Positions 12,991 to 23,630 of a stretch of DNA of 41,600 nt are shown here, one piece after another; the stretch's first letter is position 1, and each line of letters begins with the position of its first letter. The notes under the pieces are model-generated. The model worked only from the letters and a program-made list of their open reading frames with translations. It was not told the origin of the DNA and ran no database searches. This DNA comes from Octopus bimaculoides (Eukaryota), in the NCBI RefSeq assembly GCF_001194135.2, contig NC_069008.1, forward strand, positions 2,006,074 to 2,047,673, in the 5' to 3' direction. The position numbers and the translations under genes are program-made.

Positions 12991-13426
12991 GTCCTTATTC
13001 TTCTTTTGCATAATTTACTCCTTATGAGAAATACGTTCAAGCTAAGACTGAATCTCTATTTCTTTTTCGAACTCACTCACAAACAGATCGATATCTTCTT
13101 CATCTTCTTTTTAAAATCGTGTCATTTGCGAGCATGCAAATAAAGAACACAGAAATTTACAGACTTAGTGCTTTAAAATATGCTTCCCAGAATTCTGTTA
13201 CATTTAACAGTACCTTTTAAATTTGTAAGAAATTGTGTGTGTGTGATCCATAAGGTAGAAAAAATATGCACTTGCATATATTTATCAATAGCGTGAATAT
13301 ATTAATCGATATATATTCGTTACGGCTGATCTTACCAATGGGTTTTGCACTGGGGGTTCAACAGCCCGATTTGTAGCGCTATGGTCTTCAGAGAAAAGAG
13401 AGTCCCATTGCATGGCACCTTGGGCA

Positions 13427-13625
13427 CAGGAGCGGATTAAGACCCACCGAGACCCTGAGCGCTTAAAACATTTTGGTGCCCCCATAAAAGATTTAATCAA
13501 TTCAAAATCTAAACAATAACAAACCTTAAAATAAATGTTTACTTTTCAAAACGTGTTTATAATGAATCGAACGACTTGATAGATTGTCTTGTTGGTGTGC
13601 TATAGTTATTTTTGCTGAGTAATTT
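13427..13625. mobile_element. hAT-like terminal relic
   Basis: Starts CAGGAGCGGATTAAGAC, a hAT TIR-like end. 13555-13612 is an inverted homolog of 18215-18271, which adjoins a hAT C-terminal remnant. Confidence 0.4.
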
Positions 13626-15085
13626 GTTCTTTATAGAATACTGGACCAATTATCTAGCAAGCTTAAGACAAGAAGTGCCCCGGAATTCTGAATTTTCTGG
13701 TTTTCTTAACTATATAGGCCTGTATTTAAAATATAAACAAACTATAAAATGTAAAGAACTTGTAGTGACGCATGGTCACTTTTCCTAGAAACTAAATAGT
13801 ATTGAACAAATTCAAATTAATACACTTTTAAAGCAAGGTATGTTTGATATTTATTATTAAAAGTTCTTAAAATATATCGCCATGTACTATGTATACAGTA
13901 TAATGTTTAAAGGGTGAAAATTAAAAGAAGCGAAATGAAGAACATGATTTTATTCAAGAAATAAAGGTACAAATTAATACAATTGTAAAGTAGAGAATTT
14001 TTATCATCCAGGTGAAGAAATTAAAGAACAAAACTATTTTTAACACCTGTTTACTCAATATTACATGGTATTACATAGTATTCCTAGAAGCTGGATTAAG
14101 AAGTCCGGTTTTGTATTTATCGGGGGTCGGGTACAACTGAATATGTTTCTGACTGTATTAAATTTTTAGAGACACTTTTAACTTATGACACCGATGTCAT
14201 TGAAGCAGGGGAAAGAATTGTCAATGACGCCACTTATTTGGTACGATATAATTAGTTCAGGCAAGTTAATTAAGTCATGTTTAGTAATTATCTCTTATTA
14301 AGGTGAACGTTAATGCTTGTGGATAACATAACGGTTACATAGATGTTTCAGGGTTGGTGTTCCATTACATTCATGATTAAATATTTTACTTCATCACAAA
14401 CTTTGTTATATCACGCACTGCCGGCAGCTTAGGTGGATTGCCACAACAGAATATATTGTGAACTTTTCTACATCCGTGGTAAACAATTGTGAACGATTCA
14501 AGCCACATTACACACACAAATATATCGATATTTATATCCTACGCATTTTCCCCCCAACGTCCATCCTATACCATTGTGTCTTTCTCTTGCGCTATCGTCC
14601 CATTACAAAAATTCCTATTTTCTCAGGACATCTGCTGCCTATTATTTATGATCTCTCTCTCTCTATCTCTGCTTTGTTTTTGTCTACATCACCACCCATT
14701 AACCATTTATATATTCTTTAACGCAGAGAAAAATATCTTCTTGCCTACAAGAATGTGCTTACCACTTCGAGAGGATCTCGTGTCTAAACAGTTTCGATAA
14801 TGACTGTCCTATTTTAGGCTCAAAACATTTTCCACTATAAGTTGTGTGTTTCTTTGTGCGTAAATACTTCATGTTCTGAAAAGAAAGTTTTCCTTACAAG
14901 CCTTACCGCGATATTCAGAAATATTTCGATCTTCCTTCAGTAGATAAAGGCTTCTCACCACTGATTGTCCCTATAACTGTATCTATATGGTTAAAAAAAA
15001 AAAAAAAAACTCAGTTGTGTTAGAAGTGTCCAAGTGATTAACGTATTTTATATTAATTATCGAGGAACTGATTAAAAGTTGAGAA

Positions 15086-15826
15086 ATGTCTGTTATAAAT
15101 AGTGATCCGAACAGGCCCAAAAAAGTACAGACTAGAGAAAAAGTGCTCCAGTGTCGAATATGCGGGAAGTCTTTTACTCAGATGTCAAATCTTGTTATTC
15201 ACAGACGTACTCACACTGGAGAAAAACCGTTTCACTGTGAAATATGTTTGAAATTTTTTGTTTCTAACAGTAATTTAACAAAACACAAAAGGATACACAG
15301 TGGAGAAAAACCTCATCGTTGTGAAATATGCGGCAAATCGTTTATCACCAACGATCATTTAAAAAGACACCAACGAATACACACTGGAGAAAAACCTTAT
15401 CATTGTGAAATTTGTGGCAAATCATTTTCTAGTAATTCTAACGTTGTGGTTCACAAACGAATGCATACTGGAGAAAGGCCCAATTTTTGTCAAATATGTG
15501 GTAAAGCGTTTGTTAATAACAGTGACTTAACGAGACATAAAAGGATACATACTGGAGAAAAACCATATCATTGTGAAATATGCGGAAAATCTTTTAGTAG
15601 TAATGGTGAATTAAAAAAACATGGAAGACTTCACACAGGTGAAAAACCTTATTGTTGTGAAATATGTGGTAAATCTTTTACACGGAATTCTGGTCTTGTT
15701 ATCCACAATCGTACTCACACGGGTGAAAGACCCTTTCATTGTGATATTTGTGGGAAGTCTTTCACTCAGAATCCAAATCTTGTAATGCACAAAAGAATAC
15801 ATTTTGGAGAGAAACCATTTGACTGA
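15086..15826 (+). CDS. ZF-F: C2H2 zinc-finger protein, 8 fingers, 246 aa
   Basis: Intact ORF from ATG with 8 canonical fingers, mostly CEICGKSF type. It may have upstream exons. Confidence 0.9.
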   Translation: MSVINSDPNRPKKVQTREKVLQCRICGKSFTQMSNLVIHRRTHTGEKPFHCEICLKFFVSNSNLTKHKRIHSGEKPHRCEICGKSFITNDHLKRHQRIHTGEKPYHCEICGKSFSSNSNVVVHKRMHTGERPNFCQICGKAFVNNSDLTRHKRIHTGEKPYHCEICGKSFSSNGELKKHGRLHTGEKPYCCEICGKSFTRNSGLVIHNRTHTGERPFHCDICGKSFTQNPNLVMHKRIHFGEKPFD

Positions 15827-16320
15827 GCATTAATGTAGAGGAAAACATTTTCTGACACTTCAGTTTTTGCAATTCACAAACTGTAGCCCACACTGGAGAA
15901 AAACCTTATCAGGAAATTGTTCACTGATGTCTCGTTTTGTAATTCATGATAAAAAAAAAACACACTGGATAAAGAAGTTTCACTGTGAAATTGTAAGAAA
16001 TGTATGTCGAATTCTTGTCTTTTTATCTACAGTCATCCTCACACAGGTGAAAAATCCTTCAGTTGTAAAATATTGTCTCAGAATCCAAATCTTGTAATTT
16101 ACAAAAGAGTACATTTTAGAGAAAAAAAAACCATTTGCCTGAGCATTAATGTGGAAAACAATTCTAACAATTCAATTCTTGCAAATCACTGGAGAAAAAA
16201 AAAACCTTATTATTGGGAAATCTTTCATTTGACTGAACCTTATGTGAATAAAAACATTCTCTGACAATTCAATCGTTGCAGTTCACAAATAGTCACACTG
16301 GAGAAAAACGTTATCATTGA
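15827..16320 (+). pseudogene. Decayed zinc-finger repeats downstream of the ZF-F stop
   Basis: Repeated CACACTGGAGAAAAA linkers. 16080-16155 duplicates the last finger and stop region (15768-15840). AATAAA at 16247-16252. Confidence 0.7.
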
Positions 16321-16505
16321 GAAGTCTTTCATTCTTGATTTCTTATTTTGTAAATCTCACAAAGGCAGTGAACTGACAGAGTTGTTAGCATTGCCAGGCA
16401 ATTTGATTAATAAATCCTTCAAGTTGGTGCCCAAGTATGGCTGCATTTCAAGGAAAAATATAAAAGAAATAAAGATTATCACAAATGGTATTCATTTTGA
16501 ACATT

Positions 16506-17365
16506 AGGTGGCGAGCTGGTAGAATTGTAAGTACACCGGGCAAAATACTTTGTGGCACTTTGTCTGCCTTTTACATTCTGAGTTCAAATTCTGCCGAGTT
16601 TGACTTTGCCTTTCGTCCTTTTGTGGTCGATAAATTATGCAGCAGTGAAACACTGGGGTCCATGTAAGCAATTAGACCCCTCCCCTAAAATTTCAGGCCT
16701 TTTGTGCCTTTAGTAGAAAGGATTATTAAAAAGGCAGCAAGCGGGCAGATTTGTTAGCATGCCAGGCAAAATGCTGATCAGTATTTCATCTACCGCTATA
16801 TTCTGAGTTCAAATTCCGCTGAAGTTGACTTTGCTTTTCATCCTTTTGGGGTCAAATAAGTACCAGTTATGCACTGGTGTCAATGTAATCAACTTAATCC
16901 CCTCCCCTAAGCTGCCCTTGTGGCCAAAATTTGAAATCATTATTATTATTATTATTAAGGCAGCAAGCTGGCTGAATCATTAGCATGCCATGCAAAATGC
17001 TTAGTGGCATTCTATCTGTCTTCATGTTCCAAGTTCAAATTCTGCTGAGGTCGACTTTGCCTTTCATCCCTTCAGAGTCAATAAAATAAGTACCAACTGA
17101 GAACCGGAATTGATCCCTCCCCCAAAATTTCAGGCCTTGTGCCTATAGTAGAAAAGATTATTATTAAGGTAGCAAGCTGGCTGAATCGTTAGCTTAGCAG
17201 CATTTTACCTATCTTCCATGTTCTCAGTTCAAATTCTGTTGAGGTCGATTTTGCCTTTCATCCCTTTGGGGTTGATAAGATTAAACACTGGGGTTAACGT
17301 CATCAACTTACCCTTCCCCTGAACTTGCTGGCCTTGTGCCAACATTCGAAACTAAATTTCATTAT
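16506..17365 (+). mobile_element. Four head-to-tail SINE family B copies (~16506, 16731, 16957, 17166)
   Basis: Each has AGG(C/T)AGC(G/A)AGCTGG, then TTCTGAGTTCAAATT (B-box-like), then GACTTTGCCTTTCATCC, and an (ATT)n tail directly before the next head. Confidence 0.85.
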
Positions 17366-17368
17366 AAA

Positions 17369-17500
17369 CATCATCATCATCATCATCATCATTCAACGTC
17401 CACCTTCCATGGTTTGACAAGAGCCAGCCAGGTTGAAGCCTGTGCCAAACTTCTGTGATTGTTTTGGTAGGATTTCTACAGCTGGGTGCCCTTCCGAACA
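17369..17500 (-). mobile_element. RTE-type LINE 3' end fragment
   Basis: (CAT)n tail followed by TCAACGTCCACCTTCCATG and ACAGCTGGGTGCCCTTCC. It matches the tail at 38320-38370. Confidence 0.7.
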
Positions 17501-17772
17501 CTTTAATAAAGTGAAGAATTCATTTGAGAAATTTTACCACTTACTTTCTGTGAATTCTTAAGTTTCACCAAAAGAAGAAATCTTTGAGAAATTCATGTTT
17601 GATCTTATCACCAAAATTTGTAAATTTAAATCTTATTTTAATAAAAATCATATTTTAGGAAAAAATCTTAAAAATCTTACTACTCCTGTAATATTTATTG
17701 GTTATTTTTATTGGACAGTGAAAATTACTGTTTGCAAAATTGTTTCAGCACTGTAAACATACCAACATCATT

Positions 17773-18053
17773 CTCATCCTCATCATTTAATGTCCATTAT
17801 CCATGTTGGCATGGGTTGGATTATTTGACCGGGGCTAGAACACTGAGGGGCTGCACCAGGATCCAATCTGATTTGGCATGGTTTTTACGGCTGGGTGCCC
17901 TTCCTAATGCCAACAGAGAGTGTCATGGGTGCTTTTACATGCCACCAGTATCGGTCACGACTACAATTTCACTTGGCTTGATAAGTCTTCTCAAGCACAG
18001 CATGTTGCCAAAGGTCTTGGTCATTTGTCATTGCCTCTGTGAGGCCCAAAGGT
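17773..18053 (-). mobile_element. RTE-type LINE 3' end with ORF2 C-terminus
   Basis: Minus strand encodes LGLTEAMTNDQDLWQHAVLEKTYQAK*, followed by a 3' UTR ending ATGGACATTAAATGATGAGGATG, homologous to 38269-38370. Confidence 0.75.
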
Positions 18054-18339
18054 GCTTTTTAGAATGTAAAAAGCCAAAAGAAATGTAGCTAAGTATTTTT
18101 GTCTGATGTGCTGACGATTCTGGCAGCTCACCATCTTTCAAAACTATTCACTAATTAAAACTTTAATAAAGTGAAGAATTCATTTGAGAAATTTTACCAC
18201 TTTCTCCAATTAACAAATAACTATAGCATACCAACAAGACAATCTATCTAGTCGTTCAATTCATTATAAACTGCAATCAAATCGCCCTCAAATTACATTC
18301 TTGTTTCGCTACAGCACAAAAGAAATCACTTTAAAACGT

Positions 18340-18460
18340 GGTAAAATAATATTCAGGATATCTTTATCCCTACTAAGTATAGATGCAGATGTGTTACCTA
18401 AGATTAATTTTGAGGATCTGATCAAAGACTTCGTAATTTAAAAAAGTAGGAGGAAACTTT
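18340..18460 (+). mobile_element. hAT transposase C-terminal dimerisation-domain remnant
   Basis: Translates ISLSLLSIDADVLPKINFEDLIKDFVI*KSRRKL, matching the typical hATC end LSIE..L..IDF.DLI.DFA.KK.RK. Confidence 0.6.
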
Positions 18461-18649
18461 CCAAATATAAATAAAGTGGAAATTTCACCAAAAGAAGAAA
18501 TCATTGAGAAATTCATGTTTGATCTTGTCACCAAAATTTGTTATGAAATTTATATGTAAATTTAAATCTTAATTTAATAAAAATCATACTTTAGGAAAGA
18601 ATCTTATAAATTTTTAATTAAAAATCTTACTATTATAGTATTTGTATCA

Positions 18650-18853
18650 TTAGCATCATTAGCGCGCTGGACGAAATGCTTAGCAGTATTACACCTGTTG
18701 CTACATTCTGAGTTCAAATTCTGCCGAGGTCAACTTTGCCTTTCATCCTTTCAGGGTTGATAAATTAAGTGCCAGTGAAACACTGGGGTCAATGTAAGCG
18801 ACTAGTCTCGTCCCCCAAAATTTCAGGCCTTGTGTCAATAGTAGAAAGGATTA
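18650..18853 (+). mobile_element. SINE family B copy
   Basis: Aligns with 16957-17165. Confidence 0.8.
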
Positions 18854-18866
18854 TTTATTGGACAGT

Positions 18867-19099
18867 AAGGTATCGGAGCTGGCAGAATCATTAGCATGCT
18901 GGGCAAAATGCATAGCAGTATTTCTTCTGCCTGTATGCTCTGAGTTCAAATCCTGCCGAGCTTGACTTTGCCTCTCATCCTTTCAGGGTTGATAAATTAA
19001 GTACCAGCTGAACACTGGGGTCAATGTAATCAATACATCCTTTCCCCCCCCCCCCAAAAAAAAAAATGGCTGCCCTTGTGGAAAAATTTGAAACCATTG
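18867..19099 (+). mobile_element. SINE family B copy with TSD
   Basis: 13-bp TSD TTTATTGGA(C/G)AGT at 18854-18866 and 19100-19112. The empty site is at 17707-17724. Confidence 0.85.
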
Positions 19100-19182
19100 T
19101 TTATTGGAGAGTGAAAAGTATCATTCGCTGAATTGATTTGGCACTGAAAACACTCCAACAAATAAAATAAATTGTCTCTACA

Positions 19183-19280
19183 AGTATGGCTATCTGGTAA
19201 GTAGTTTGCTTTCTGACCACACGGTTCTTGGTTTAGACTCATTGTGCGACATCTTGGGCAAGTGTCTTCTACTACAACCC
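19183..19280 (+). mobile_element. SINE family A 5' fragment
   Basis: TGGCTATCTGGTAAG...CATCTTGGGCAAGTGTCTTCTACTA. Confidence 0.65.
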
Positions 19281-19544
19281 AAAGACAACCAATACCATGT
19301 GATGTTTTATGTGTTTATGGATTCATTATAGCAGGCTGAATGATACTGTTTATGATTTGTATTCGGGTGAAGGGGTTCGCAGGTTGATTGATTGGAAATA
19401 AGATAGAGTAGATAAATAGAATTAGAAAACAATAAATGAATAAATTAAATAAAAATGATAGAGGAAATTTAAATATAAATAAGGTAAGTTAATAGTTAAT
19501 AAAGAATGGAATATTCGTTTATAAGGTATAAATAAAATTAAGTA

Positions 19545-20404
19545 AATTTATATATATGCAAGTGCACATGCATACATATATGTATCTGTCCATATATATA
19601 TATATATATAGTTTTAGGGAAAATAACCAAGTTTCAAGAACTCATCGATGAAAATCCACTATCACATATAGAAAAATTAAAAGCACAATAAATGAGTATA
19701 ATATAAAACAAAGTAAATATCATAATTTTGGATTTTGTCTCTAATATTATTATTATTATTATATATATATATACACACAGAAACATGCATATACTCACAT
19801 ATACATACATTCACATGTCCACTCATATATATATATGTATATATATATATATGTACATGCACAAGCACATTAATACATAGGCAGACTCACAAAACATGTA
19901 TATATATATATGCATTTACACTTTTTACCTGAATATAAATTATATGCTTTTATATATATATACCTATCAATTTAAGGAAATTAATTTCCCAAAAACACTA
20001 CGTATTGAACCAGTATTTCCTTGGATGAAACCATCCTTTCATGAGGTTAACACAATCTCTAATCAAATTTATATGTATGTTATATTTTAATAATTACTGA
20101 TTGATATTTTATATATGTAAGGCATAATATGTCATATGTATATGTCGTATGCATGTTGTTATAATTGTCCTTTTAGTAAATAAATAAATTGCCATAATAT
20201 AATGAATACCACCTATTAATCACCTCCATTTTCTTATTGCTCTATGTGTATATATATATATATATTTTGTACCTTGTTTATAATTTTGTCCATGTTCTTT
20301 TGCAACGCCATGTACCCAGATATGTAGCTATATGTAGATGTAGCTGAAGGTATGTACATATATATGCATATACTCATATATTGTTTATCTATATATATAT
20401 ATAT
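19545..20404. repeat. Field of (TA)n, (ATT)n and (CATA)-like microsatellites
   Basis: Directly visible tracts near 19586, 19745-19775, 19826-19855, 20248 and 20390. Confidence 0.9.
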
Positions 20405-20552
20405 ATATACTTTATTTAAAAGCAGCAGAAATATAACAAAAGACTGTTACTCTGAGTTTCACGTTCCCGTTCATCGGACAGTTGAACGGGAACGTGAAAC
20501 TCAGAGTAACATTCTTTTTGTTACATTTCTGCTGCTTTTAAATAAAGCATAT
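20405..20552. mobile_element. Long palindrome, probably an inverted Penelope-like pseudo-LTR fragment in (TA)n
   Basis: Arms 20405-20473 and 20483-20552 pair with 3 mismatches and 1 indel around a 9-nt loop. It contains a hammerhead-like motif. Confidence 0.6.
20443..20482 (-). ncRNA. Minimal type I hammerhead ribozyme-like motif
   Basis: Minus strand: ACUGU-CCGAUGA-ACG(GGAA)CGU-GAA-ACUCAGAGU-A-ACAGU. This gives stem I (5 bp), a core with U4C, stem II (3 bp + GGAA), GAAA, a palindromic stem III and a GUA cleavage triplet. Confidence 0.6.
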
Positions 20553-20574
20553 TACTCTACCTCTNNNNNNNNNN

Positions 20575-20765
20575 ATATATATGTTTGTCTCTTGCCACTA
20601 CTTAGCAGTGTTGGTTTCTTTACATACCTGTAACTTAACCACTCTTCATACAAACACCAATAGAATCAGTACCAGGCTTAAGAAAAAATAAATACTGGAG
20701 TTGATTCATTCAATTAAAGCCCTTTAAAGCATGGCTGTAGTCTAATGACTGATACATCCGAAGGT
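20575..20765 (+). mobile_element. SINE family A 3' fragment, diverged
   Basis: ATAGAATCAGTACCAGGCTT...AGCATGGCTGTAGTCTAATGACTG. Confidence 0.55.
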
Positions 20766-20899
20766 AGATAACTTCAACTTCAGATACAGCTGGGGCAGAT
20801 AGAATATTTGCTGATGTTTGTAATGGTTAACATTTAGTAAGTAAAATCCCTAGCTTGTGACTGGAGGTGGATGCTGTCCTCTCAACCAATACACTGCTG

Positions 20900-21575
20900 T
20901 GGGTGCTGCTGGATGACAGGCTCTGGTGCTCATGTTATTCCATGCTTTCAAATCCACGGTGCTGACCTTAGCTTGCTTGAGGTCAAGGTGCTGTGAATCC
21001 ATCTCTTCCTCAGTTTGTTTTCCTTGATGTCTTCTTTGGTATGCTGCACTGGATTCTCCAGTGTGTTGTTGTTGTTGGCACTCCGTCGCTTACGACGTCA
21101 AGGGTTCCAGTTGATCCGATCAACGGAACAGCTCTGCTCGTGAAATTAACGTGCAAGTGGCTGAGCACTCCACAGACACGTGTACCCTTAACGTAGTTCT
21201 CGGGGAGATTCAGTGTGACACAGTGTGACAAGGCTGACCCCTTTGAATTACAGGCACAACAGAAACAGGAAGATAGAGTGAAAGAAAGTTGTGGTGGAAG
21301 AGTACAGCAGGGTTCGCCACCATCCCCTGCCGGAGCCTCGTGGGGCTTTAAGTGTTTTCGCTCAATAAACACTCACAACGCCCGGTCTGGGAATCGAAAC
21401 CGCGAGTCTGCTGCCTAACCACTGGGCCATTGCGCCTCCTCTCCAGTGTGTAGATCACTGCTGTCAGAAAGGTTGGTGTGGTAGTCTTTCAGTGCTCATC
21501 CTGCAGATGTTACCAAACCACTGTAGCCTGTGCTGCCAGATTTGGTCTTCAATGGTCATCTGCTGCTATTGGCAT
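20900..21575 (-). mobile_element. Decayed LINE ORF2 C-terminus, split by a SINE
   Basis: With the SINE removed, the minus strand reads IEDQIWQHRLQWFGNICRMSTERLPHQ..HWRIQCSIPKK, matching the RLRWFGHV.RM...RLP motif of RTE/CR1-group ORF2. Confidence 0.65.
21067..21439 (-). mobile_element. SINE family C, full length with TSD
   Basis: tRNA-like head GGAGGCGCAATGGCCCAGTGGTTAG...GGTTTCGATTCCC and a (CAA)n tail. 12-bp TSD TCTCCAGTGTGT at 21055-21066 and 21440-21451. Confidence 0.92.
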
Positions 21576-21609
21576 GATGGAATACACACAAGCATAATGA
21601 ATAAATTAC

Positions 21610-21615
21610 TTTTAT
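21610..21615 (-). terminator. Poly(A) signal of ZF-C
   Basis: AATAAA on the minus strand, conserved in the same context at 32912-32917. Confidence 0.6.
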
Positions 21616-22089
21616 TAGAAATATTACAGAGATAAGTTATTACACCAATGCAGATACAGTACTTTAATTTGAATTAGTTTTTGACTCAACAACATATATA
21701 CAAAGGTAGATCAAAAAGTAATGCATATAAACATTACATTATTTTCTGACTCATGGCCCGATAATGTTCAGAGGTAGGTACCACACATATTTTCCTTCTT
21801 TGTGGAATACATTGATGATTGTATAACTTTTCAGAGAAAGAACTTTGACAAATTGTATCATGGCTTTACAAGATAGTATACCTTGTGTAAGTAGTGTAAA
21901 TGGTGCTTACAAGACTGGCAACAGGGAAGGGATCCAGCTTTAAGATATTATTTCAAAAAAGGGATCAAAATGAGATTACTGAATAGGTAAGATTCAGAGT
22001 AAACATTGTTTTAGTGTGTGTGTGTGTGTGTTGGGGGGAATGGTCTTAGAAAGTTTGTTGTGTTAAGTAATGAATTTGAACACTGTCAG

Positions 22090-23202
22090 TCATAGTCCTA
22101 AATGAATAGCTACATGTGAAGCTAACTGGCTTTTATAAGAGAATGATCTACTGCAAATATCACAGCTATAAGGTTTTTCTCCTGAATGAATATGTTTGTG
22201 AGTGCGTAAGGTATTGATCTGAGAGAATGATTTACTACAGATATCACAGTTGTATGGTTTTTCTCCTGTGTGAATGCGTTTGTGAGCGCCTAAAGTATTT
22301 TTTTGAGAGAATGATTTACCACAGGTATCACAGTGATAAGGTTTTTCTCCTGAATGAATATGTTTGTGAGTCTGTAAAGTATTAATCTGAGAGAATGATT
22401 TACCACAAACATCACAGTTAAATGGTTTTTCTCCTGTGTGAATGCGTTTGTGTTTAGTTAAATCACTAGTTTCAGAAAATGCTTTATTACAGATATCACA
22501 CCGATATGGTTTGTCCTCTAAATGAATACGTTTGTGTTTAGCTATGTGACTAGCTTCAGAGAATGATTTACCGCAGATACCACAGTCATATGGCTTCTCC
22601 CCAGTATGAACGCGTTTGTGTATAGTTAAATGACAACTTACAGAGAATGATTTACCACAAACGTCACAGTGATATGGTCTGTCACCTGAATGAATACGTT
22701 TGTGTCTGGTTAAATCACTACTTTGAGAGAATGATTTATCACAGATATCACAGTGATATGGCTTCTCTCCTGTATGAATACGTATGTGTTTAGTTAAATC
22801 TCCATTTTTAGAGAATGATTTATCACAAACATCGCAATGATATGGCTTCTCTCCAGTATGAATGAGTTTGTGTGTATTTAAGTGACTAGAATCAGAGAAT
22901 GATTTACCACAAATATCACAGGGATGTGGTTTCTCTCCTGTATGTATACGTTTGTGTACAGTTAAATTACCACTTAGAGAGAAAGATTTACCACAGATAT
23001 CACAGTGATATGGCCTCTCCCCTGTGTGAATGCGTTTGTGTATAGCCAAGTGACTATTTATAGGGAAAGATTTACCACAAATATCACAACGATATGGTTT
23101 CTCACCTCTACTAACACATTTGTGTTTAATGAGGTTACCTTTCAGGCAAAATGATTTTTGGCAGATATCACAATGGTAGGATTTTTCGGTCACTTTCTGC
23201 AT
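22090..23202 (-). CDS. ZF-C: C2H2 zinc-finger protein, 13 fingers (first one degenerate), 370 aa from ATG
   Basis: Intact [14 protein letters not shown]...HVAIHLGL*. The track's start at 23226 is a TTG; the first ATG is at 23202. Confidence 0.92.
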   Translation of the reverse strand: MQKVTEKSYHCDICQKSFCLKGNLIKHKCVSRGEKPYRCDICGKSFPINSHLAIHKRIHTGERPYHCDICGKSFSLSGNLTVHKRIHTGEKPHPCDICGKSFSDSSHLNTHKLIHTGEKPYHCDVCDKSFSKNGDLTKHIRIHTGEKPYHCDICDKSFSQSSDLTRHKRIHSGDRPYHCDVCGKSFSVSCHLTIHKRVHTGEKPYDCGICGKSFSEASHIAKHKRIHLEDKPYRCDICNKAFSETSDLTKHKRIHTGEKPFNCDVCGKSFSQINTLQTHKHIHSGEKPYHCDTCGKSFSQKNTLGAHKRIHTGEKPYNCDICSKSFSQINTLRTHKHIHSGEKPYSCDICSRSFSYKSQLASHVAIHLGL

Positions 23203-23600
23203 CTCTTCAACAAAATAATAAATCAATCCTTTAAGTCTTTAACAGTATCCGTCGTTTCAATAGTTTTCTCTTCTCAGAACAATGTTTATTTTCTTATTTC
23301 ACTTTTTATCGTTGATTTCTTTAAAATTTTTTACAGCTGTTTTCCCATCAACTCTGTTTTCACCAATATCTGAAGATGCCACAAACATATTTGAAACTTC
23401 ATCCATCTTGTACATATTACAGACTGTACAGGAGAGAAATGTTGCCATTAATCTCCATTCAGAAGAAATATTTCACTGTAGTTTACCATTGAGTTATATA
23501 TTTGTTGCATGTAACGTTTTTCTTTAGTCTTTAAGAGATAATTAATGTTGATGATGAATCTGACGTAAGCAATTCTTTCATGTCACAGTTGTCTGATATT

Positions 23601-23630
23601 CTGAAATAAGATAGAAACAACAGTATAAGA
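23601..23630 (-). other. 3' splice acceptor of the ZF-C exon
   Basis: Minus strand reads CTGTTGTTTCTATCTTATTTCAG|AATATC. Confidence 0.75.

Larger units (their letters stand above)
17501..18866. repeat. Local direct duplication (17501-17725 vs 18161-18866), second copy carrying extra sequence
   Basis: CTTTAATAAAGTGAAGAATTCATTTGAGAAATTTTACCACTT, TTTCACCAAAAGAAGAAATC.TTGAGAAATTCATGTTTGATCTT.TCACCAAAATTTG and TTTATTGGACAGT each occur in both copies. Confidence 0.8.

Noticed and set aside
14460-14730. Possible upstream exon and acceptor for ZF-F (TTAACGCAG near 14726)
   Set aside because: Splice signals are weak and no paralog in the window confirms them.
18650-19112. Fixed dimeric SINE (subtype 1 + subtype 2) suggested by the alternating 3' ends
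   Set aside because: The second unit has its own 13-bp TSD and an empty site at 17707-17724, so at least this pair arose by two independent insertions.
19620-19665. Second hammerhead candidate (minus strand TCGATGA-GTTCTT-GAAAC)
   Set aside because: No stem II or stem I pairing is possible and the core has two deviations.
21380-21439. tRNA genes at SINE heads (also 11540, 24570, 29690)
   Set aside because: A/B-box-like motifs run straight into SINE bodies, with no complete cloverleaf or acceptor stem.
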